DNA of 31,500 bases from Infirmifilum sp. GTDB taxonomy: Archaea; Thermoproteota; Thermoprotei; Thermofilales; Thermofilaceae. Numbering within the stretch: the first letter of the stretch is position 1; each line of letters opens with the position of its first letter. The DNA is taken from positions 1-31,500 of the forward strand of contig JBEULP010000059.1 of assembly GCA_041287245.1 (NCBI GenBank), given 5' to 3'. The translations under genes were made by a program, and so were the position numbers. This document shows, piece after piece, positions 19,572-26,923 of this stretch. Under the pieces are notes generated by a model. It was not told the DNA's origin. It did no database searches and saw nothing but the letters and a program-made list of their open reading frames with translations.

Positions 19572-19824
19572 ACACTTGTAGGTTTTATCTCTAACCATCT
19601 ATCGCCCCGATAGCTGGACAATGCGCTAGAAGCCTCGTTTTCCCTAACAAGAACCTCACTGGGTAATCTACTACTGGGCGGGTGTGAAGTCGCGAGTAGT
19701 GAAGATAGAGATGGCAAAACCCGAGCCATTGAAAACCCCTGCGGGAATCCTGTCCTTTAGGGGTGTGTCGGAGCGGGGATTTCCCATTCATGGTTTCTTA
19801 AAGGTTTTTACTGATTTAGGAGTA

Positions 19825-19871
19825 AAAAATATATAGGAGTAGGCTTATCTAATTTTGTTAGGCGATACGAA
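19825..19871 (+). promoter_or_regulatory. feo promoter: BRE/TATA followed by two candidate DtxR-type boxes
   Basis: AAAAATATATA (19825-19835), then GTAGGCTTATCTAA (19839-19852) and TTAGGCGATACGAA (19858-19871), resembling TTAGG-N4-CCTAA; DtxR-family gene nearby. Confidence 0.55.
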
Positions 19872-20143
19872 TGAGTAAGACAGGTAGGGCTCTGCTCAGC
19901 CTTTCAGAGGCTAAGGTGGGGGGCTCGTATAAGATAGTTCGTGTTGAAGCATCAGGCCTGGTTAAGAGGAGAGTGATGGACTTAGGTCTCCTGCCGGGAG
20001 TTGTTGTCAGAGTTATGCGCAAGGCTCCCCTGGGCGACCCTCTTGAGGTTTCGGCAAAGGGGCATCCCATCTCCCTCCGTTTAGATGAGGCAAGGTTCAT
20101 ACTTGTAGAGGAGGTCGAGGGTGATTCCTCTGGCTTTCGCTAG
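19871..20143 (+). CDS. feoA: Ferrous iron transport protein A
   Basis: RRVMDLGLLPG, RKAPLGDPL, ISLRxxEAxxI. Confidence 0.9.
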   Translation: MSKTGRALLSLSEAKVGGSYKIVRVEASGLVKRRVMDLGLLPGVVVRVMRKAPLGDPLEVSAKGHPISLRLDEARFILVEEVEGDSSGFR

Positions 20144-20360
20144 GGATGGCAGCCTTGTCAGAGTCGTCATGATTAGAGGAGGAGGTTTGCGGAGAAGGCT
20201 TATTGAGCTAGGCATCTCCGAGGGAAAAAACCTCCGCGTCGTCAGATCATTAGGGCACGGCCCCGTAATTGTTGAGAGCGCCGAGAATAGCGGAAGGTTA
20301 GTCCTAGGTTTCGGGGTAGCTATGAAGATTATGGTGGAGGAGGTGCCGTATGAGCGTTAA
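20121..20360 (+). CDS. feoA: Ferrous iron transport protein A (second copy)
   Basis: RRRLIELGISEG, GPVIV, LGFGVAMKIMV. Confidence 0.88.
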   Translation: MIPLAFARDGSLVRVVMIRGGGLRRRLIELGISEGKNLRVVRSLGHGPVIVESAENSGRLVLGFGVAMKIMVEEVPYER

Positions 20361-22410
20361 GGAGAGACAGTTTAGGGTGGCGCTAGCTGGTATACCCAAC
20401 GTAGGAAAGTCACTCATATTCAACAAGCTCACTGGAGGCAAGGCTTGGGTTGGAAACTGGCCTGGAGTGACCGTAGAGAAAAAGGTTGGCAGGCTGGTTC
20501 TAGACGGCGTTGACGTAGAAGTGGTGGACCTTCCAGGTATATATGGGCTCACAGCCTACAGCGCCGACGAGGTCATAGCTAGGGACTTCATCATTGAGGA
20601 GAAGCCAGACGCTATAGTCTGCATCTTAAGCGCGATAAACCTGGAGAGGAGCCTTTACCTCGCCGTCTCCCTGCTCGAGCTTGGCGCTAACCTCGTTGTG
20701 GATCTGAACATGGTTGATCTGGCCCAGAAGGAGGGCTACAGGGTAGACCACAGGAGGCTTGAGTCTCTCCTTGGGGTACCGGTGATACCGACAGTTGCTA
20801 CGACGGGGCAGGGCATCGAGGAGCTGAGGGACGCCATTAGGAGGGCCCTTCATGAGCGTGTTGAGCGTGCGCGTGTGGTCGACTACGGCAAGGACGTGGA
20901 GGAGGCAATAGCTACCTTGGAGGGGGTGATCCGCTCAGAAGCCCCAGTGCTCGTGGAAAAATACCCCCCGAGGTGGCTTTCAATTAAGCTGTTAGAAGGA
21001 GATGCCGTCATCCTCGAGAGGGTCTCCAAGGTTCAAAACGGGGAGAAAGTAATAAGCGCCGCTTCGAAGCTTAAGAGCGAGCTTGAAGCGAAACTGGGGG
21101 ACCTGGAGACCTACATGGTCGACAGGAGGTATAAAAAGGTGCTAGAACTTTCCCAGGCAGTTGTAGTGAGAGAGTCTTCCATCGGGGTTAGCGCGACGGA
21201 CATTTTAGACTCTATCTTGACCCACAAGGCCCTGGGCATACCCTTCGCCCTCTCCACGCTATACCTCCTCTTCAGATTCGCGTTTGAGGTTTCAACACCT
21301 TTCGCGGATCTTTTAGATATTGCTATCAACCGCTTGCTTCATGACTGGGTTCTAGGCCTTCAAGGGCTCCCCGAGTGGGCGGCGTCGCTCCTGGCAGACG
21401 GGATAATCGCTGGTGTGGGCGCTGTGATGGTGTTCTTGCCCGTGATAGCCCTTTTCTTCCTGGGCTTCGCGATACTCGAGGACTCCGGCTACATGGCTAG
21501 GGTGGCGTTCCTGGTCGACAAGATATTCAACAGGTTCAACCTGCCCGGAAAATCAATCGTCCCTTTGATCATAGGCTTCGGGTGCAATGTCCCTGCGGTG
21601 ATGGCGGCTAGGACCATAGAGGACGAGAATGACAGGAAGGTTACAGCGCTGATCGCACCTCTATCTTCGTGTAGCGCCAGACTGCCGGTCTACCTGGTCA
21701 TAGGCGGCGCCATACTTGGCGCTTCAGCCGGCTTCGCCGTGCTGAGCATGTACATCCTAGGGATACTCTTCGCGCTTCTCATGGGCTGGTTCTTCAGGAG
21801 GTTCTTCTTCAAGGGGGTTAGCGCTGGCTTCATAATGGAGCTCCCGCCTTACCTCATGCCGAGGCTTGACAACGTGGCGATGAAAACGTGGGAGAGAACT
21901 AAGAGGTTTCTGTTCAAGGCTGGTTCTATAATCCTCCTCGTCATGATCCTAGTATGGCTTCTATCCGTCACCGGCCCCAAGGGATTTCTAGGCAGCAACG
22001 CCTTGGGGGACCCGGAGCTCCTCTCGAGAAGCTGGGTCGCAGTCCTAGGCAGATGGCTATCAGAGGCAGTCTTCTTCCCAATGGGGTGGGACTGGAGGCT
22101 CTCGGCTGCACTGTTCTTCGGCTTCCTAGCGAAAGAGGTCGTAGTGGGTACGCTGGGAGTACTTATGGGTGTGGAGGGCGTAGAGGGGTTGCAGCGAGCT
22201 TTAGCTGAAAGCCATATACTTACTCCGCTGACAGCCTACGCGTACATGGCTTTTGTGTTGCTATACGTGCCGTGCGCAGCCACGCTAGCCACGATAAGGA
22301 ACGAGCTGGGGCTGAAGTATGCTATTTTCGCCTTGGCGTACATGCTCCTGCTAGCTTACATAGTAGCACTGGGCATAGTGGTTATAGGTTCCCTAGTCGG
22401 GCTAACATAG
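20350..22410 (+). CDS. feoB: Ferrous iron transporter B
   Basis: GIPNVGKS, VGNWPGVTVE, DLPG, NMVD, LEDSGYMAR, GFGCNVPA, SCSARLP, FIMELPPY, AKEVVV, LYVPCAAT. Confidence 0.97.
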   Translation: MSVKERQFRVALAGIPNVGKSLIFNKLTGGKAWVGNWPGVTVEKKVGRLVLDGVDVEVVDLPGIYGLTAYSADEVIARDFIIEEKPDAIVCILSAINLERSLYLAVSLLELGANLVVDLNMVDLAQKEGYRVDHRRLESLLGVPVIPTVATTGQGIEELRDAIRRALHERVERARVVDYGKDVEEAIATLEGVIRSEAPVLVEKYPPRWLSIKLLEGDAVILERVSKVQNGEKVISAASKLKSELEAKLGDLETYMVDRRYKKVLELSQAVVVRESSIGVSATDILDSILTHKALGIPFALSTLYLLFRFAFEVSTPFADLLDIAINRLLHDWVLGLQGLPEWAASLLADGIIAGVGAVMVFLPVIALFFLGFAILEDSGYMARVAFLVDKIFNRFNLPGKSIVPLIIGFGCNVPAVMAARTIEDENDRKVTALIAPLSSCSARLPVYLVIGGAILGASAGFAVLSMYILGILFALLMGWFFRRFFFKGVSAGFIMELPPYLMPRLDNVAMKTWERTKRFLFKAGSIILLVMILVWLLSVTGPKGFLGSNALGDPELLSRSWVAVLGRWLSEAVFFPMGWDWRLSAALFFGFLAKEVVVGTLGVLMGVEGVEGLQRALAESHILTPLTAYAYMAFVLLYVPCAATLATIRNELGLKYAIFALAYMLLLAYIVALGIVVIGSLVGLT

Positions 22411-22423
22411 AGGGGTGTTCTCC

Positions 22424-22903
22424 ATGGGTAAGTCGTACTTCACCTTTTTGGTTTGGTTTGGCTTCATACTGGGGCTACCGTACCTGGCAGCTGGTGGCAT
22501 GGCCCTCTACAATTGGTACCTCACAGTGACGGGAGAGGAGCCGCTGCTCTCCAACTTCATCCCCTCAGACCTGGGGGTGTCTATGGTATTCATCACTACC
22601 GGCGCCCTGCTCGTGGCGCCGCTATACTACACAAGATTGAAACCCGAACACACAAAGGCTTTATCAGCCCTACTGCTCGGCTCAGGCCTGTCGGTAGTCG
22701 CTATGGTCATCCAACTGCTCGTCGCCGCGGCCTCCTGGCTAGACGGCCTAATCGTGGGAGAGCCCCTGAGTCCTGAGAACCTGTATGCGATAATTACGAG
22801 GAGCGATGCACTGCTGGGATGCTTCGCCCTGCCACTCTTCTACGCGACCCTAAGAATCTTGCAGCACGGCGGGGCCTCCCCGGGAAACGGCCAGCCCCGC
22901 TAG
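22424..22903 (+). CDS. Hypothetical membrane protein (about 4 TM), co-oriented after feoB
   Basis: Four hydrophobic segments; starts 13 nt after feoB stop, with GAGGGGTG upstream (GTG 22415 or ATG 22424). Confidence 0.7.
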   Translation: MGKSYFTFLVWFGFILGLPYLAAGGMALYNWYLTVTGEEPLLSNFIPSDLGVSMVFITTGALLVAPLYYTRLKPEHTKALSALLLGSGLSVVAMVIQLLVAAASWLDGLIVGEPLSPENLYAIITRSDALLGCFALPLFYATLRILQHGGASPGNGQPR

Positions 22904-23106
22904 GCTTGTCCCTATCCGCACCATGTCCAAAAATACTCGTCTTTTTCATTTGCTACGCCTAGGCCGGAGAACCATGAAGAACCTTTTACCATGCGCGGCG
23001 GCTTCTGTGTCTGCGCCTACGAGAGCTTGAGTAGAGGCCGATGGGAAGAAAGCGGGACTTTGTGATATTTTTATTAAACTCACCGGCATTTCATGGGTGA
23101 AGGGCG

Positions 23107-23532
23107 ATGAGCCTAAGCATTAGAGTTGAGGACTACCTGAGGATAATTTACGAGATTGAGCAGGAGAAGGGGTACGCCCGGGTAAAGGATATTGCCAATA
23201 GGCTCGGCGTTAAAAGGTCATCTGTGGTTGAGATGATGAAAAAGCTGAGTTCTGAGGGATATATCGTATATAATCTGCGCGAGCCAGTCCGGCTAACCCC
23301 CTCCGGGAGAGAAATTGCCGGGCTTGTCAAAAAGAGACAGGAGACATTCCAGAAATTCCTTGAAGCCCTGTTGATTCCTAGAGAGATAGCATCGAGGGAT
23401 TCTCACATACTTGAGCATCAACTGCACGAAGAGACGGTCAAGAGGATATTAGAGTTTGTTGAATTTGTAACTGAGACTGAAGCTGGAGAGAAGTTATTAG
23501 AGGAGTTTAAAAAATACACCAGTAAGAAATAA
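23107..23532 (+). CDS. DtxR/MntR-family metal-dependent transcriptional repressor
   Basis: EDYLRIIY, ARVKDIAxRLGVKxSSV, LTPSG, SHILEH; TATA-like TTTTATTAAA near 23069. Confidence 0.92.
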   Translation: MSLSIRVEDYLRIIYEIEQEKGYARVKDIANRLGVKRSSVVEMMKKLSSEGYIVYNLREPVRLTPSGREIAGLVKKRQETFQKFLEALLIPREIASRDSHILEHQLHEETVKRILEFVEFVTETEAGEKLLEEFKKYTSKK

Positions 23533-23609
23533 TTAAATCGCGTGAGAAGGCGAAGAATTATAAAGCTTTTTAGAGTCCTATAGGGGTGCTCAGCTGAACG
23601 CTCTAAGTC

Positions 23610-24218
23610 CTATGTACTCTCTATCTTCATTGGAGCCAGATCCTTGTCCCACCTCAGCAGCCATACCCCTTTGTTTTTAGCGGCCTCGACGGCTTCGGGA
23701 ACCGCGTAATCAGCATATATAACCTTTATAATTTTGTCTCTGAGGAGGTCAGGTCTTTTCTGCTTTATGAGCTCAATCTTATCGAGCAGCTCCTCAACCA
23801 GGTTTACGCCAAGCCTAACCGTGGCCTCACCTATCACGCATAAATCCCCGCTAGCCCCGTAGATGTTTATCTCCTTAGAGTCGACAAAAATCCTGTCAAG
23901 CTCAACCTCGATGTTTAGGTCCTGCTTTATCCTGTGCTTTATCACGCTCCTCGCCTCCTCCTCAACACTTATTGTTAGCCTATCCAGGGTTGTTGAGACC
24001 CTGCCCACAGTCGCCTTGAGCCCTCGAACCTCCTCCCAGAGCCTGTTCTGACCCTCCCTCAAAGCCTTAACCTCCTCCCAGATTTTCATCATGGTCTCCT
24101 CGTGCCTGTCGAGCCGCTTCATTATCTCTGAGAGGCCTAAGTAGCCTGCGACTGCATACCTGAACTCCAAATCCCTCTCGAGGAGGTCGAGCATCTCTTT
24201 CCTGAGCCTGCTAGCCAT
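23610..24218 (-). CDS. Coiled-coil protein with C-terminal degenerate PD-(D/E)XK-like domain
   Basis: DLEFRYAVAGYLGL N-terminus, WEEV heptad repeats, EINI...IGEAT, AKNKGVWL. Confidence 0.7.
   Translation of the reverse strand: MASRLRKEMLDLLERDLEFRYAVAGYLGLSEIMKRLDRHEETMMKIWEEVKALREGQNRLWEEVRGLKATVGRVSTTLDRLTISVEEEARSVIKHRIKQDLNIEVELDRIFVDSKEINIYGASGDLCVIGEATVRLGVNLVEELLDKIELIKQKRPDLLRDKIIKVIYADYAVPEAVEAAKNKGVWLLRWDKDLAPMKIEST
24027..24082. repeat. Intragenic direct repeat with 42-bp period
   Basis: AACCTCCTCCCAGA at 24027-24040 and 24069-24082; encodes (I/L)WEEV 14 residues apart. Confidence 0.7.
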
Positions 24219-24371
24219 CGCTATATCTACTATTTAATTTGTAATTATGATTTATAAGTATGCATGTTTTTATAAGTATTTACTGCTTGGGAGGCTTCTC
24301 AGTGGCTTACTCCCAAGGAACCAGCGCGGCTTCAAACGACCTCTTACCAATCTGACGGGGTCCCTGGGTAT

Positions 24372-24446
24372 GGCTGGGTTTAGGGCCGCAATCCCCTCGC
24401 CGGCTGGGTTTAGCCCAGCGATGCACGGTACTGTGATGCCCAGCCA
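24372..24446. other. Structured 75-nt GC-rich intergenic element (nested hairpins, direct repeat)
   Basis: GGCTGGG(24372)/CCCAGCC(24445) closing stem, internal GCTGGG-TTTAG-CCCAGC hairpin, GGCTGGGTTTAG repeated at 24372 and 24402. Confidence 0.35.
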
Positions 24447-24627
24447 CAGCAGTCCATAGCGGAGCCTGGGGCCTTAAAGCCGCCTCGTGGCCGCTACACG
24501 GGTATGCGAGAACGGCTGGCAGGCCCTCGTAGTCACAAAGCACAGCCTTGACACATTCCACAGGCGTGAATCTATATAGGTTATAGATATACGCTAAAGA
24601 CATATATATGAGTTTATAATAGTATTT

Positions 24628-25707
24628 ATGATGAACATGCGTGGAGGTCGGGCATTACACGTAGTTGCCACAGTGGCTCTCAGTCTTCTCGCGCTCTACG
24701 CCGCCTTCCTGATTTTTGCATCTTCTCAGGGCGGGTCTTCCCCCGTTGATATGGGGAGAAGCGTGAAGCTGGGCTCTGGGGAGCGCGTAGACGTGACGGG
24801 TCAAGGCCTCTCCAGTACGCCGCAGGCTGAGCGAGTGCTGCTGAGCCTCGCGAGCTGCGGCTTGCGGCTCGACGAGGGGGATGTCCTGGTCCTCGAGTAC
24901 AGGGTTCTCGCCGGCCGGGTGCTGGAGGTTGGAGGCCGCGACCTGGTCGTGAACCCCGAGGCTGCGCGCCTCGTCGTTGAGGCGAGAAGAGTTGGGAGTG
25001 GCTACATCGTGGTGTTCAGGCTGGTGTACAGGGGGGCGGCCCTCGCCCCGGTGGATGGGAAACCGATGGAGGAATGGGAAAGAGTTGACCTCAACTTTTC
25101 TCGGGAGCTCCGCCTCGTGTACGAGCCCGGGACGGGGTACAGCTTCGAGAATGGGACGTACGTGGGCCATGTCTTTCCGCTGTTCGCCAGGGGTGAGCAG
25201 GTAGTCCTCGACTACTTGTGGGCTAAGCCGGGCGAGCCCTATAGGCTGGAGAGCAGGAGGAGGGTGACGGCTACGCTGCAGCTTCTCGAGGTGTTGAACC
25301 TGGACGAGGGGGTGGCGCTGGCCTTCAACGGGAGCGGGGCTCCCGTAGGGCTGCCGAGCAGGGTCGACTGGAGCCGCGTGGAGAAGTCTCTCAAGGGGTA
25401 TGGGGGGCTGGTGGAGAAGCTGGTGAACTTAAGGGGTTGCGGAAGGGTGCTGGCCAGTGCCACCTACTCCTCCACGGGGCCATGGCAGCTGGACGTGGTC
25501 GTCGACTACCCCACGGGTATCCCCGTCTTCATGGTGCTAGAGGGGGCCGCTAGGTACATGCCCGGCGGAGCGTACACACGGGGCGGCGTAGAGGCCAAGG
25601 AGCTCCCAGCCTCGATCCTTGCCTACCTGCTCGGCGTCCGCTCGCCACTGCTGTCGCTCGAGCTGGCCGACGCCCGCCTGGAGCCGGGCCGCGGCTCTAC
25701 CGCGTAA
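24628..25707 (+). CDS. Hypothetical N-terminally anchored or secreted protein
   Basis: 359-aa ORF, one N-terminal hydrophobic helix, then G/S linker and beta-rich body; AT-rich promoter-like region upstream, T-tract downstream. Confidence 0.72.
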   Translation: MMNMRGGRALHVVATVALSLLALYAAFLIFASSQGGSSPVDMGRSVKLGSGERVDVTGQGLSSTPQAERVLLSLASCGLRLDEGDVLVLEYRVLAGRVLEVGGRDLVVNPEAARLVVEARRVGSGYIVVFRLVYRGAALAPVDGKPMEEWERVDLNFSRELRLVYEPGTGYSFENGTYVGHVFPLFARGEQVVLDYLWAKPGEPYRLESRRRVTATLQLLEVLNLDEGVALAFNGSGAPVGLPSRVDWSRVEKSLKGYGGLVEKLVNLRGCGRVLASATYSSTGPWQLDVVVDYPTGIPVFMVLEGAARYMPGGAYTRGGVEAKELPASILAYLLGVRSPLLSLELADARLEPGRGSTA

Positions 25708-25765
25708 ACCCTAAAAATATACCTTTTTTCCTCCCATGTGGCACGAAGAACTCCCCGCCTCCGTT

Positions 25766-26923
25766 TCAGCGCGTGCAAAGCTTGAGGAAGTTTTTCGTTC
25801 CTTCCTCGGCGTCCAGCCTGGAGAGGTGCTGTATAGAGCGTATCAGGTAAACGCCGGCTGTGACTGAGGCGTGTGTGAGGGAGGCGACTAGTGCGAGGAT
25901 TGGAGCGCCGAGTAGCGAGAAGATGATCGCGTAGAAGAGGTAGAAGTTTCTCCTCCCATCGAGAACTGCGAACTTCTCGTCGAAGCGCGAGTACTCCTTT
26001 AAGGGCTTCCCCGCGATACTCGAGAAATTGTTGTAGATGTGCCGCGCGAAGGAGTCGACCACAAGGAGCGCGGCGCCCAGGATCACGGCTTGCGCGCCGT
26101 AACCGCCTAAGAACAGCCCCAGCGCCAGAGCCGCGTAGATGGTCTGCTCGAAGAGTGCGTCGATGGAGTGCTCCAAGTGTCCAACCCTTGTCAGGATACC
26201 CCTTGTGCGGGCCAGCTTTCCGTCCACGCCGTCGAGTATGCCTGCGAAGTACGCGAGGAGGGCGCCTTGGAGGAAAAGGCCCTTTAGGAGGAGTGCTGCG
26301 GCCGCAGCCGCGACCGCGGAGACGAGCACTGTCACCCTGTTGGGGGTTACCCAGCCGGCGCCGCCCACCGCCTTCACGATGAGGTCCTCAAAGGGGGCGT
26401 TCAGCCTCGAGAAAAGATGTAGCCTTTTGCCGGCCCACTTGACGATAAGGCTTTTCGCCTCAGCGACGTTCCCGGCGTAGGCGCACGCGGGCCTGTGGTG
26501 AGGCTCGGACAGCTCGTCTAGGCTGACGGTCGACGCCCGGTTTCTGAGGGGCGGGCGGATTAGGATCTCTTGCCCACCGCACAGCGCCGCGGCGTAGCTA
26601 CCGGAGCAGAAGCTCCTGAAGGCCTCGGGCGCCACGAGGTAGTCGCCCTCCACGATAAGGTCGTAGCCGTCAGCCCCGGGGTCTTCTCCTTCGAGATAAG
26701 TGATGTTGAGCCCCAGCCCGCCCCCGTCCCCCAAGCGCTCCCTTAGCGCCTTGAGAGCCTCGGGCGGCGCCAGCACAGCTACATCCCGGTACCCGGCGTG
26801 CCTGAGCGCGTAGAGCCACCGGGCGAATACGGGTACCCGGTAGAAGCTCGTAAGGGCGATGGGGACGCCCGCCTCTCCGCTGGTGGCTGTACCCCTGAAA
26901 ATGAGGAGTGCCCTACCCTTCAC
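25766..26923 (-). CDS. CDP-alcohol phosphotransferase with degenerate N-terminal nucleotidyltransferase-like domain
   Basis: VTPNRVT, ILDGVDGKLAR...GHLEHSID signature, about 6 TM; N-domain (LRERLGDGGGLGLNITY) lacks the GxGxR..PK motif. Confidence 0.85.
   Translation of the reverse strand: MKGRALLIFRGTATSGEAGVPIALTSFYRVPVFARWLYALRHAGYRDVAVLAPPEALKALRERLGDGGGLGLNITYLEGEDPGADGYDLIVEGDYLVAPEAFRSFCSGSYAAALCGGQEILIRPPLRNRASTVSLDELSEPHHRPACAYAGNVAEAKSLIVKWAGKRLHLFSRLNAPFEDLIVKAVGGAGWVTPNRVTVLVSAVAAAAAALLLKGLFLQGALLAYFAGILDGVDGKLARTRGILTRVGHLEHSIDALFEQTIYAALALGLFLGGYGAQAVILGAALLVVDSFARHIYNNFSSIAGKPLKEYSRFDEKFAVLDGRRNFYLFYAIIFSLLGAPILALVASLTHASVTAGVYLIRSIQHLSRLDAEEGTKNFLKLCTR

Noticed and set aside
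19591..19791. 66-aa minus-strand ORF
   Set aside because: No motif, atypical composition; region better explained as non-coding or a mobile-element relic
24372..24413. CRISPR mini-array from the GGCTGGGTTTAG repeat
   Set aside because: Two 12-bp copies at 30-bp period; too short, and no cas genes
24372..24446. Ochre-suppressor tRNA (loop centre TTA)
   Set aside because: No TTC T-loop or D-loop consensus and wrong arm spacing; kept only as a structured element
24247..24603. 70-aa (+) and 98-aa (-) ORFs
   Set aside because: Mutually overlapping, no motifs, typical of chance ORFs in a GC-rich gap
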